DNA of 64,000 nt from a virus: the IMG/VR virus record IMGVR_UViG_3300020478_000003, positions 1-64,000 of that record; one strand, written 5' to 3'. A model generated the notes under the pieces. The model worked only from the letters and a program-made list of their open reading frames with translations. It was not told the origin of the DNA and searched no databases. Position numbers and translations under genes: made by a program. Below, in pieces: positions 47,955-56,130 of this stretch (position 1 is its first letter; every line of letters starts with the position of its first letter).

Positions 47955-49382
47955 ATGCAAAATGCTGAGGAAAAATATTTGTCGGAATTAACCGAAGAAG
48001 AATTAGAAGAAGAAAGAAAACTGAGAGTAGTAGATCCAGCTAGGAGCAAAATTTATGAAGAGGAAAGGAAAATGAAGAAAGAAAAAGATCCTACTGGAAT
48101 ACATCGCAATGATTCATTGATTCCTCCACGAGAATTTGAAGGAGCAGATCCGAAAAATTTAGGTAGGGAAGGAGATGTAGATGGTTCTATTCCTGTCGAT
48201 GCTCTTCCTGGTCAATCAGATGGTTTAATTTATAAGAATAAAATTCCTGTGAGTACTGGCGGAGTTCTTGGAGTTGATATGTCTCCGGAGGAACAACGAG
48301 AAAAAAGAAAAGAACTTCCGGACGAACTTAATATTTACGGTCAACCTTCAGAACCTCTTCAGCCTCCACCAAATGCTCCTAAGACAGAAGGATATAGTCT
48401 TGAGGAAGTAAGAGAAATTGTTCAAAAGAAATGGAGAGAAGAACACGGACAACCCGAGACGCCAATATCTGATGAAGAACAAGCAAAACGTACCAAAGCC
48501 GCCCAAAAATTAATTGTCGTTACTGGTGCCGCAGGTTTTATGGGGTCACATTTGGTAAGAGCATTAAATAGTGCAGGACGAGAGGATTTATTGCTTGTTG
48601 ATGATTTGAGCGATCCTGCTAAACTAAAAAATATTTCTAATTGTGTATTTCAGGACTATTCAGATAAAAGTAAGTTTCTAGAACTTTTTGCTTTTATTGC
48701 AGAAAATGGAATGGTTGAACGTATATATCATCTTGGTGCAGAAAGCGACCGTAATTGTCAAGATGGAAAATATTTAATGGAAAACAATTTTCAATATACA
48801 GCCAATCTTATGGACCTATGTCATATGCACAAAATACCTATGGTATATGCTTCTAGTGCCGCAGTATATGGTCAATCAAAAACTTTCGATGATACCACAG
48901 ATAATTATGTTCCAGAAAGTTATTATGCTTTAAGTAAACTCCAAGCAGATAGATATCAAAGAAAATTTACGGCTCACGCGGAAAGTAGAATTATCGGATT
49001 AAGATACTTTAATGTTGTATCAGAAGGAGAATATGAGCAACATAAAGGAGATATGAAATCAGCGGTAGCTTGGATGACAGAACAATTTGACTGGAAGGGA
49101 GAAATAGAATTATTTGAAGGTTCAAAAAACTTCCGTCGTGATTTTGTACACGTTAAAGCCGCTATTTGGATGACAATGAATGCTATGGACAAGGGACGTT
49201 CTGGAATTTATAATATAGGAACAGGAACAGCAAGATCATTTTATGATATGGCTATGGAGATTTGCGAAGATGACCAGAAAATTAAATACATTCCTATGCC
49301 GGAAGAAATAGCAAAAGGATATCAAAAACTAACTAAAGCAAATATGGATAATGCTTGTTTTGGAATAACTACCAGACCTTAA
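47955..49382 (+). CDS. hldD: ADP-L-glycero-D-manno-heptose-6-epimerase-like extended SDR with a ~180-aa N-terminal extension
   Basis: IVVTGAAGFMGS.LV..LN, HLGA.S, YLM.NN..YT, YASSAAVYG, Y..SK, GLRYFNV....E.HKG.M.S, RDFVHV, YN.GTG.ARSF and YQ..T.A. Confidence 0.85.
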   Translation: MQNAEEKYLSELTEEELEEERKLRVVDPARSKIYEEERKMKKEKDPTGIHRNDSLIPPREFEGADPKNLGREGDVDGSIPVDALPGQSDGLIYKNKIPVSTGGVLGVDMSPEEQREKRKELPDELNIYGQPSEPLQPPPNAPKTEGYSLEEVREIVQKKWREEHGQPETPISDEEQAKRTKAAQKLIVVTGAAGFMGSHLVRALNSAGREDLLLVDDLSDPAKLKNISNCVFQDYSDKSKFLELFAFIAENGMVERIYHLGAESDRNCQDGKYLMENNFQYTANLMDLCHMHKIPMVYASSAAVYGQSKTFDDTTDNYVPESYYALSKLQADRYQRKFTAHAESRIIGLRYFNVVSEGEYEQHKGDMKSAVAWMTEQFDWKGEIELFEGSKNFRRDFVHVKAAIWMTMNAMDKGRSGIYNIGTGTARSFYDMAMEICEDDQKIKYIPMPEEIAKGYQKLTKANMDNACFGITTRP

Positions 49383-49383
49383 T

Positions 49384-49584
49384 ATGATTACAATAATTTG
49401 GTTATTAACATTAACGGTATGCGGAGCAAAGGGAGAATGTGTAAGTCAAGTAATACAAGATTTTGAAGATCAAGATAAATGTTTAACAATTCAACAGGAA
49501 TATGAAGATTTTCCTAAAGATCGAAATCCTAGATGGAAGACGGTAAAATACGAATGTAAGATCAAGGACGGTGAGCAAGTTTGA
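49384..49584 (+). CDS. Small exported/membrane-anchored Cys protein (DUF1482/YebW-like pattern)
   Basis: Hydrophobic N-terminus, then C-x5-C...F..Q..C...C. Confidence 0.5.
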   Translation: MITIIWLLTLTVCGAKGECVSQVIQDFEDQDKCLTIQQEYEDFPKDRNPRWKTVKYECKIKDGEQV

Positions 49585-50072
49585 GGGAAATTCTAGTAAA
49601 GGATAATTATCTAGATATCGAAGATTTTGAGGTTATCCGAGATACAATGTCCACAGATATGTTTCCTTGGTTTTTCAATGAGGAGAAGATTTATAATGTA
49701 ACCGAAAATACTCTTTTCAATTATCAATTTACCCATACCTTTTACCACGAAGACGAAAGAAAATCCCACCATTTTAATATTCTTCATCCTTTACTGGAAA
49801 AACTGGAACCGAAGAAGTTGATAAGAATTAAAGCTAATCTGAATCCAATCTCTCATAAGCTGATAGAATTTGAATCCCATACAGATCAAGAATACGAGTG
49901 TAATGGAGCGATATACTATATAAATGGGAACAATGGATACACGAGATTCGGAGATGAGAAAATACAATCAAAAGAAAATCGAATAGTATTTTTTGGAGCG
50001 GAGATGATTCATACAGGAACCAATTCTACCGATTGTAAGAATAGGATGGTTATTAATTTTAACTATTTTTAG
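49581..50072 (+). CDS. 2OG-Fe(II) oxygenase-like protein
   Basis: FPW, RIKANL, HxD (SHTD), AIYY.N..NG.T, ENR.V.F....H.G and R.VIN.NY; TTG start. Confidence 0.8.
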   Translation: MREILVKDNYLDIEDFEVIRDTMSTDMFPWFFNEEKIYNVTENTLFNYQFTHTFYHEDERKSHHFNILHPLLEKLEPKKLIRIKANLNPISHKLIEFESHTDQEYECNGAIYYINGNNGYTRFGDEKIQSKENRIVFFGAEMIHTGTNSTDCKNRMVINFNYF

Positions 50073-50084
50073 TTAAATCCATAT

Positions 50085-50282
50085 TTATCCTGGATCTTTC
50101 TTTTTAAGTTCTTTTTTGAAATTGTCAATCATTCCTAAGATTGTTTCATATTCCTCTAATTCTCGGCTTAATTCGTTATTACATCCGATAAGATAGTCAA
50201 TACGTTTTCCGTACTTTTCTTCCATCTTTCTCTCAATTTCAATCTCAAGACCTTTCTTCCACACAAGTTCGGCTAGATTCAT
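50085..50282 (-). CDS. Hypothetical coiled-coil protein
   Basis: 65-aa ORF overlapping the upstream gene's stop (ATGA coupling). Confidence 0.6.
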   Translation of the reverse strand: MNLAELVWKKGLEIEIERKMEEKYGKRIDYLIGCNNELSRELEEYETILGMIDNFKKELKKKDPG

Positions 50283-50509
50283 AGCATTTCTTCATTTTCC
50301 AATAATTTTGTGAGAATAAGATGCTTCATTTCCTCATAATCCTTATCAAATTCTGCCGTTGCTGGATCACCGTGCATTACAAAGGTGTGAGACTCTATAG
50401 GAAATCTCTCCCGTTTGATTACATAGAAATCTGACAGTATTTTATCTAAAACTTCAGAATATCGCTTGTAACGGCGTTGATGAAAAGGGACATAGTCTTT
50501 TTCTTCCAT
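50279..50509 (-). CDS. Hypothetical protein
   Basis: 76-aa ORF with an AAGGTGA RBS and a minus-strand TATAAATA at 50559-50566. Confidence 0.65.
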   Translation of the reverse strand: MEEKDYVPFHQRRYKRYSEVLDKILSDFYVIKRERFPIESHTFVMHGDPATAEFDKDYEEMKHLILTKLLENEEML

Positions 50510-50522
50510 ATCACCTTTATTA

Positions 50523-50566
50523 TATAAATAGTTAAAACACGTTTTCGTTTCTGTTTATTATTTATA
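50523..50566. promoter_or_regulatory. Face-to-face late promoters (+ strand 50523-50530; - strand 50559-50566)
   Basis: TATAAATA on each strand in the intergenic region. Confidence 0.65.
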
Positions 50567-50630
50567 CGCTTAAAGTGAACTGATTCCAGAAACGGAAAAT
50601 CACATAAATAACTATAGGAATAAGGGTACA

Positions 50631-50954
50631 ATGGAAACTTTACTGGCAGTATTTGGAGCAAAATGGTGTTGTGTATTTGCATCCACAGCTGGTGGAATAA
50701 CTAATGGATTGGTTCACACTTGGATTGGATGGAAAGGCGAATTAAAAAATGTCGCATTGGCGGCTGCGGCAGGTTGGATAGCCGCAGAATTTTTTATACC
50801 AGCTTTAATGGAACAATTTGAATTTGGTCCATACACGGCATTAGCAATAGCATTTATGATAGGATATATGGGAATCCGAATACTTCCCCATTTGGAGAAG
50901 AAAATTGTCAAAAAGGTCGATAATGCTATAGACAAAATTGGCGAAGACAAATAA
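50631..50954 (+). CDS. Holin-like membrane protein
   Basis: Three hydrophobic segments, an AF.IG..G motif and a charged C-terminal tail. Confidence 0.5.
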   Translation: METLLAVFGAKWCCVFASTAGGITNGLVHTWIGWKGELKNVALAAAAGWIAAEFFIPALMEQFEFGPYTALAIAFMIGYMGIRILPHLEKKIVKKVDNAIDKIGEDK

Positions 50955-50968
50955 AGGAAAAGGTTGTA

Positions 50969-51712
50969 ATGGCTAAATTACAAACAATAGATGAATTGAG
51001 GGATTATGCGTATCGAAAACTTGGAGCTCCGAAGATTGAGATCCAAGTGGACGATTCTCAAGCATATGACAGAATAGATGATGCTCTCCAATTATTTGTG
51101 GAGCGACATTTTGATGGAGCTGAAGAGAAATTCATAACAATTGAATTTACCGCGGCTGACGAAACAAACGAATATTTAACCTTGTCGGATGATATCGTGG
51201 CAGTAACACGAATCTACGAACCGGGGAGATATAGTTCTGAAGCAATGTCTGATGTTCGCTACAGAATTATGTTTGATGAAATGTTCGATATGACCAAAGT
51301 CAATATGCAGTTTTTTGAGATAACGATGGAACATCTTGAAATGATCCAAAGTTATTTCAGACTAGACAGAACCTTCACATTTAATAAGGCTAGTCATAGG
51401 CTTTATTCACATTCAGGAAAGATCATAGAAGGAAATAAAATTCTTATCCGAGCCTGGCAAGCAGTTAGACCTGATGAATCAAACGGCTATGCTGTGGATA
51501 TATTTAATGACGAATGGATTAAAAAGTACGCCACTGCTCAAATTAAACAGCAATGGGGTGCTAATATGAAACAATTTGACGGAATGCCTCTTCCTGGTGG
51601 AATCACCATTAATGGGCAACAAGTTTGGGATGAAGCTAAAGAAGAGATAGATAAACTCGAAGAAGAATTTTCCCTTAACTACGAACTTCCAGTAAACTTT
51701 ATAGTGGGGTAA
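50969..51712 (+). CDS. gp13: Neck protein gp13
   Basis: L.DY..R.LGAP.I.I.V...Q..DRID.AL..F...HFDG and W.K.YATA..K.QWG.N...F.G..LPGG.T.NG. Confidence 0.95.
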   Translation: MAKLQTIDELRDYAYRKLGAPKIEIQVDDSQAYDRIDDALQLFVERHFDGAEEKFITIEFTAADETNEYLTLSDDIVAVTRIYEPGRYSSEAMSDVRYRIMFDEMFDMTKVNMQFFEITMEHLEMIQSYFRLDRTFTFNKASHRLYSHSGKIIEGNKILIRAWQAVRPDESNGYAVDIFNDEWIKKYATAQIKQQWGANMKQFDGMPLPGGITINGQQVWDEAKEEIDKLEEEFSLNYELPVNFIVG

Positions 51713-51716
51713 TCTT

Positions 51717-52328
51717 GTGGGAATGTTTGACAATATGTCTAAGTCACCTATCATCCAAGATATGGTGGAAGAGGTTGTCGAAGTTATAGGTTTTCAAGCT
51801 AAATACCTTCCTCGCAAATACAGTACGGCTCTTGATCCTATCTTCGGAGAGGACCCATCGAGCAAATTTGATACTGTATGGACATTGCAGATTCTTATTG
51901 ATGAATATCAAGAATACGGAGATGTAGGAGATTTCTACGGTAAATTTGGTATAAGTGTAACCGATGAAATGAAGGTTACTTTCACTAAGAAATCTTTTGC
52001 CGAACAGACAGCCGCCACGGATGATGATACACCGATTGCTGGTGATTTGTTATACTTCACGGATGCGGAAGCATTATTTGAAGTTACTTTTGTAGGAAAT
52101 GATAGCACGTTTTATCCATCACCAGAAGGTCCTGCACACGTTTGGACATTAACTCTTAAACCTTGGGAATACGGTGGAGAAGATATTGATGTGGCTGATG
52201 CAGAAATAACCGCATTAGAAACAGAAATTGAAACGGCTGTAACTAATGAATTAGCAACTCCTGATTGGGATAGTATGGATGATGATATTCTTGATCTATC
52301 AGAAATGAATCCGTTTGGAAGTACATAA
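51717..52328 (+). CDS. gp14: Neck protein gp14
   Basis: YLPR, D..FGED..SKF, GD...KFG....DE, GDL.YF, LFEV.FV and SE.NPFG; GTG start. Confidence 0.92.
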   Translation: MGMFDNMSKSPIIQDMVEEVVEVIGFQAKYLPRKYSTALDPIFGEDPSSKFDTVWTLQILIDEYQEYGDVGDFYGKFGISVTDEMKVTFTKKSFAEQTAATDDDTPIAGDLLYFTDAEALFEVTFVGNDSTFYPSPEGPAHVWTLTLKPWEYGGEDIDVADAEITALETEIETAVTNELATPDWDSMDDDILDLSEMNPFGST

Positions 52329-52338
52329 GGAATAAATT

Positions 52339-53031
52339 ATGTTAGGTACAACTTTTTATCACGGAACAACAAAAAAATTAATCATCGCCTTTGGATCAGT
52401 ATTTAATAATATTCACGTTCAACGGAAGGAGTCTGACGGTACACTTATAAAAGATATTCAAGTACCGCTTGCTTATGAATCCAGAAAGAAATATCTTGCA
52501 CGATTGATTCAAGACGCCAAAAAGAACAAACAAGTTCCTCGTATGGGTTTTATCTTAACGGGATTACAGGCTGACTATTCACGGGCTGGGAATCAAATGA
52601 ATCAGTATAAATTTACTTCGGCAGTACCCAATATGGGAACTGTTATGTATGCTCCCATTCCGTACAATTACACTTTTGCTCTTGATATTTACGTGGATTA
52701 TATGGATGATGGACTTCAAATCATTGAACAGATTTTACCTTATTTTCAGCCCGATTTTAATATAGTAATCGAAGAGGTTCCTGAATTAGAGTTAAAAAGA
52801 GATATTCCCATTGAGTTGACTGGAATAAATATGGTAGATGAATTTGAGGGAGATTTTGCAGAACAAAGAATTGTCAACTGGCAACTAGACTTTGAAATTA
52901 AAGGCTGGCTTTATCCACCAATACGAGAACAAGGAGTGGTCAAAACTGTTACCACAAAATATTCTACTCCTGATATTATAGGAGATGACAAACAGCCAGA
53001 AGAAAAAGACTGGTTTGTGTTAAACGAGTAG
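52339..53031 (+). CDS. gp15: Tail sheath stabiliser/terminator gp15
   Basis: FYH...KK.I.AFG..FNNI, VPL.Y...K.L, PRM.F, P.PYN, DD.LQI.EQILPYFQP and RDIPI.L. Confidence 0.95.
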   Translation: MLGTTFYHGTTKKLIIAFGSVFNNIHVQRKESDGTLIKDIQVPLAYESRKKYLARLIQDAKKNKQVPRMGFILTGLQADYSRAGNQMNQYKFTSAVPNMGTVMYAPIPYNYTFALDIYVDYMDDGLQIIEQILPYFQPDFNIVIEEVPELELKRDIPIELTGINMVDEFEGDFAEQRIVNWQLDFEIKGWLYPPIREQGVVKTVTTKYSTPDIIGDDKQPEEKDWFVLNE

Positions 53032-53037
53032 AGTTAA

Positions 53038-53271
53038 ATGATTGATGTTAACAGATTTATCCTGTTACTGAAACAGACAAAGATTGTACCGGCTCCAGAG
53101 ATAAACAAGGTAAAGACTGTACTTAAAAAACTTGAAAGAGGACAAAAATTGAATATTAAACAGATGGAAATTTTTCAAGATATAGCAACAAAAGCATCGG
53201 TAGATCCGATGACAAATAATCTGGCGATATTGTCTTTAACTAAGCAGGTCTTGAAAAGACAAATGAAATGA
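53038..53271 (+). CDS. Hypothetical protein
   Basis: 77-aa ORF within the operon. Confidence 0.65.
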   Translation: MIDVNRFILLLKQTKIVPAPEINKVKTVLKKLERGQKLNIKQMEIFQDIATKASVDPMTNNLAILSLTKQVLKRQMK

Positions 53272-53489
53272 TTACTTTTAAAAAATACAATGAAATTGTT
53301 AATGGTATTGCGAAAAAGCTAAAAACCTCAAAAGATAGTGCGGTTAATGCTCTTGTAAAAGCACAGGAAAAAGGAATGAATCCTTTGAAATGGCAGAAGC
53401 ATTTGGCTATGTTGCAAACGTTTGTTCAAATAGTAGCACATTATGATGGAGATTATGAAAAAACCAAGAACAACGCAAAAAAGCATTAA
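53268..53489 (+). CDS. Hypothetical protein (possible internal head protein; MxTFKxY start)
   Basis: 73-aa ORF with an ATGA overlap; its N-terminus resembles T4-like capsid-targeting starts. Confidence 0.55.
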   Translation: MITFKKYNEIVNGIAKKLKTSKDSAVNALVKAQEKGMNPLKWQKHLAMLQTFVQIVAHYDGDYEKTKNNAKKH

Positions 53490-53973
53490 AGATAAGCTAG
53501 ACGCGGAATTAGCGGTAGCCGAAGACATTATTGGAGATTTTGAAAATGGTGAAATTTTCCCTCCAGTTGAAGAAAAACGAATTGTAAACACACGCCGAGA
53601 ACGTGGGTTAGCACCACGTACGGCAATACAATCAAATCCGGATTCGGGAGACCTTAACAATGATTATCAATATGCTAGAGAGAATCTATATAATCTTATA
53701 GAAAGAGGAAATGATGCTCTTGAAGGTATTCTTGAACTTGCAAAAGAAATGGAACATCCTAGAGCATATGAGGTAGCTAGCGGATTAATCAAAAATGTAT
53801 CTGAAACAACAATGGAATTGTTGAAGATGCAGAAAGAATTAAAATCACTAAAAGAGGGTGAAGCCCCAAAAACAAACGTTAATAACCTTTATGTAGGCAG
53901 TACCGCCGAACTGCAAGAAATGCTAAAAGGAAAAACATTAGGTAATGGTGGACGTGATGATAAAGAAAGCTAA
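53443..53973 (+). CDS. gp16: Terminase small subunit gp16
   Basis: DY.YAR.NLY.LIE.G..AL....ELA.E.EHPRAYEV and NNLYVGST.ELQ.ML; the true start may be a few codons downstream. Confidence 0.92.
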   Translation: MMEIMKKPRTTQKSIKDKLDAELAVAEDIIGDFENGEIFPPVEEKRIVNTRRERGLAPRTAIQSNPDSGDLNNDYQYARENLYNLIERGNDALEGILELAKEMEHPRAYEVASGLIKNVSETTMELLKMQKELKSLKEGEAPKTNVNNLYVGSTAELQEMLKGKTLGNGGRDDKES

Positions 53974-54124
53974 AGAATGGGCACTCGACAAAATGTTCAA
54001 TGTCTTTGGAAAAGACAAGTCAGGAGATAAACTATACGAAACTCGATGGGTATGGTATCATACAGTCCTCGTAGTAGAACTTTTCATAATAATCATCCTT
54101 TTATTATACATAGCAATTCGATAG
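53957..54124 (+). CDS. Small single-TM membrane protein (55 aa, not in ORF track)
   Basis: Hand translation MIKKAKEWALDKMFNVFGKDKSGDKLYETRWVWYHTVLVVELFIIIILLLYIAIR; fills the gap after gp16. Confidence 0.65.
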   Translation: MIKKAKEWALDKMFNVFGKDKSGDKLYETRWVWYHTVLVVELFIIIILLLYIAIR

Positions 54125-54141
54125 TCTTGCTATAAGAAATT

Positions 54142-54390
54142 ATGGCAAATATCGTAATTAAGAAATGGACAGTTGCTTCCGTACAGGTAGTATATCATAT
54201 TCCAGATTATATACATATTATTAATGAATTTGTATGGCAGACTGAAGATCAAATACCAGAGTTTCCAAGAATTACCCAGTTTCTTGACTATTGGGATAAG
54301 AACATTGATGGACCAATAAAAGAAGCATATATCTATGACCACGGTTCATCTCAAGTTAGACACGTGGACAGAAGATTTAAAATCAACTAG
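54142..54390 (+). CDS. Usg-like protein
   Basis: V.Y..PD......F.WQ..D..PEFP....FL..W...IDGP matches the Usg family pattern. Confidence 0.7.
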   Translation: MANIVIKKWTVASVQVVYHIPDYIHIINEFVWQTEDQIPEFPRITQFLDYWDKNIDGPIKEAYIYDHGSSQVRHVDRRFKIN

Positions 54391-54398
54391 TTTATATT

Positions 54399-55973
54399 AT
54401 GACAAAAATTGCCTACCTAGGAAATCCCCTACTAAAAAGAATCAATGTTCCTCAGAATTATACTCAAGAAGAAATAGCCGAGTATATAAAATGCAGGGAC
54501 GATCCAATTTATTTCATTAAAGAATATATCTACATTGTCAACGTAGATAAAGGATTAATGAAATTTGATTTATATCCGTTTCAGGAAGAATTAATCAATG
54601 GTCTAGTTGATAACAGATTTAGTATAGTCAAATGTCCAAGACAGTCTGGAAAATCTCAGACAAGTCTTGCGTTTATGCTACATTATGTTTTATTTAACGA
54701 CCAGAGAAACGTAGCAATTTTAGCTAATAAAGGGATGACTGCAAGAGAATTGTTGGGTCGTCTTCAAATGGCTTATGAAAAACTTCCTATGTTCTTGCAA
54801 CAAGGTGTATTGGAATGGAACAAAGGTTCTATTCATTTAGAAAACGGATCTAGAATTCTTGCATCTTCTACATCGGCAAGTACCATTCGAGGTTATGCTT
54901 TTAATCTGATTTTTCTAGATGAGTTTGCATTTATTCCACAAAATCTAGCAGAAGATTTTTTCAATTCTGTTTATCCTACCATATCATCTGGAGAAACTTC
55001 CCAAGTTATTATTGTTTCTACACCGAATGGTATGAATCATTTTTATAAGATGTGGCAGAATGCAATAGATGAAAGATCGGAATATAAAGCATTTGAAATC
55101 AATTGGTGGGATGTTCCTGGACGAGATGAAGCGTGGAAGAAACAAACAATTGCAAATACGAGTGAGGAGCAATTCAAACAGGAATTTGAAACTGAATTCC
55201 TAGGTAGTGCTGGTACTCTAATTGCTCCTGCAAAAATTTCTTCACTAGCGGTTAAAAATCCTCTTTCACGAAAAGATGGTCTGGACGTTTATGAAGAAAC
55301 AATACTAAATAACAGATATTTTATAGCCGTAGATGTAGCAGAAGGACGTGGACAAGATTACTCAGCCTTTAGTGTAATTGATATTACAGAAATGCCGTGG
55401 AAACAGGTAGCAAAATATCATTCAAATACAATATCTCCTCTGCTCCTTCCCACTATCATCCACCAAGTCGCATCCGCATATAATAATGCTACAGTTTTAA
55501 TTGAATCGAATGGTCCCGGAGCAGAAGTTTGTAATATTCTTCATTACGACCTGGAATATGAACACTCTATTAATGAATCCGGGGTTCAATCAAAATTAGG
55601 AATCAAAATGACTAAGCGAGTTAAAGCGGTTGGTTGTTCTAATTTTAAAGACCTTATAGAAAATGATAAATTAATTATTAATGATTTGGAGACAATATCA
55701 GAAATATCTCAATTTGTTGAACGTGGTAAAAGCTGGAAAGCAGAAGATGGTGGAAATGATGATTTGGTTATGGCTCTTGTATTATTCTCGTGGTTTTCAT
55801 CTCAAGATTTGTTTAAGGAATTGAATAACGTAGACTTGAGGACTAAATTATATGATGAACAAATGCAACAATACGAAGATGAATTGACTCCATTCGGATT
55901 TATCGATGATGGTCAAATGGAAGAAGATAAGTATACGGTTGAAGGTGGAGAAGTCTGGCAGATTTATAATTAG
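54399..55973 (+). CDS. gp17: Terminase large subunit gp17
   Basis: YLGNP.LKR, F.LYPFQ, PRQSGKS (Walker A), IFLDEFAF (Walker B), VSTPNG.NHFY, F.QEFE..FLGS, DV.EG.GQDYS and DDLVM.L. Confidence 0.97.
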   Translation: MTKIAYLGNPLLKRINVPQNYTQEEIAEYIKCRDDPIYFIKEYIYIVNVDKGLMKFDLYPFQEELINGLVDNRFSIVKCPRQSGKSQTSLAFMLHYVLFNDQRNVAILANKGMTARELLGRLQMAYEKLPMFLQQGVLEWNKGSIHLENGSRILASSTSASTIRGYAFNLIFLDEFAFIPQNLAEDFFNSVYPTISSGETSQVIIVSTPNGMNHFYKMWQNAIDERSEYKAFEINWWDVPGRDEAWKKQTIANTSEEQFKQEFETEFLGSAGTLIAPAKISSLAVKNPLSRKDGLDVYEETILNNRYFIAVDVAEGRGQDYSAFSVIDITEMPWKQVAKYHSNTISPLLLPTIIHQVASAYNNATVLIESNGPGAEVCNILHYDLEYEHSINESGVQSKLGIKMTKRVKAVGCSNFKDLIENDKLIINDLETISEISQFVERGKSWKAEDGGNDDLVMALVLFSWFSSQDLFKELNNVDLRTKLYDEQMQQYEDELTPFGFIDDGQMEEDKYTVEGGEVWQIYN

Positions 55974-55992
55974 GTGATGAAATTTATAAAAT

Positions 55993-56000
55993 TATAAATA
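55993..56000 (+). promoter_or_regulatory. T4-type late promoter
   Basis: TATAAATA 130 nt upstream of gp18. Confidence 0.75.
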
Positions 56001-56130
56001 GTTACAATGGTAGAAGGAGATAGTCTTTTCCCTCGGACCTCATCGGAATTATCGCATAATAACTCAATAACGGTAGAACGATAGGGGTAAACCATAATTT
56101 GAACATCTATTTTAATATAGGAGAAAAACG

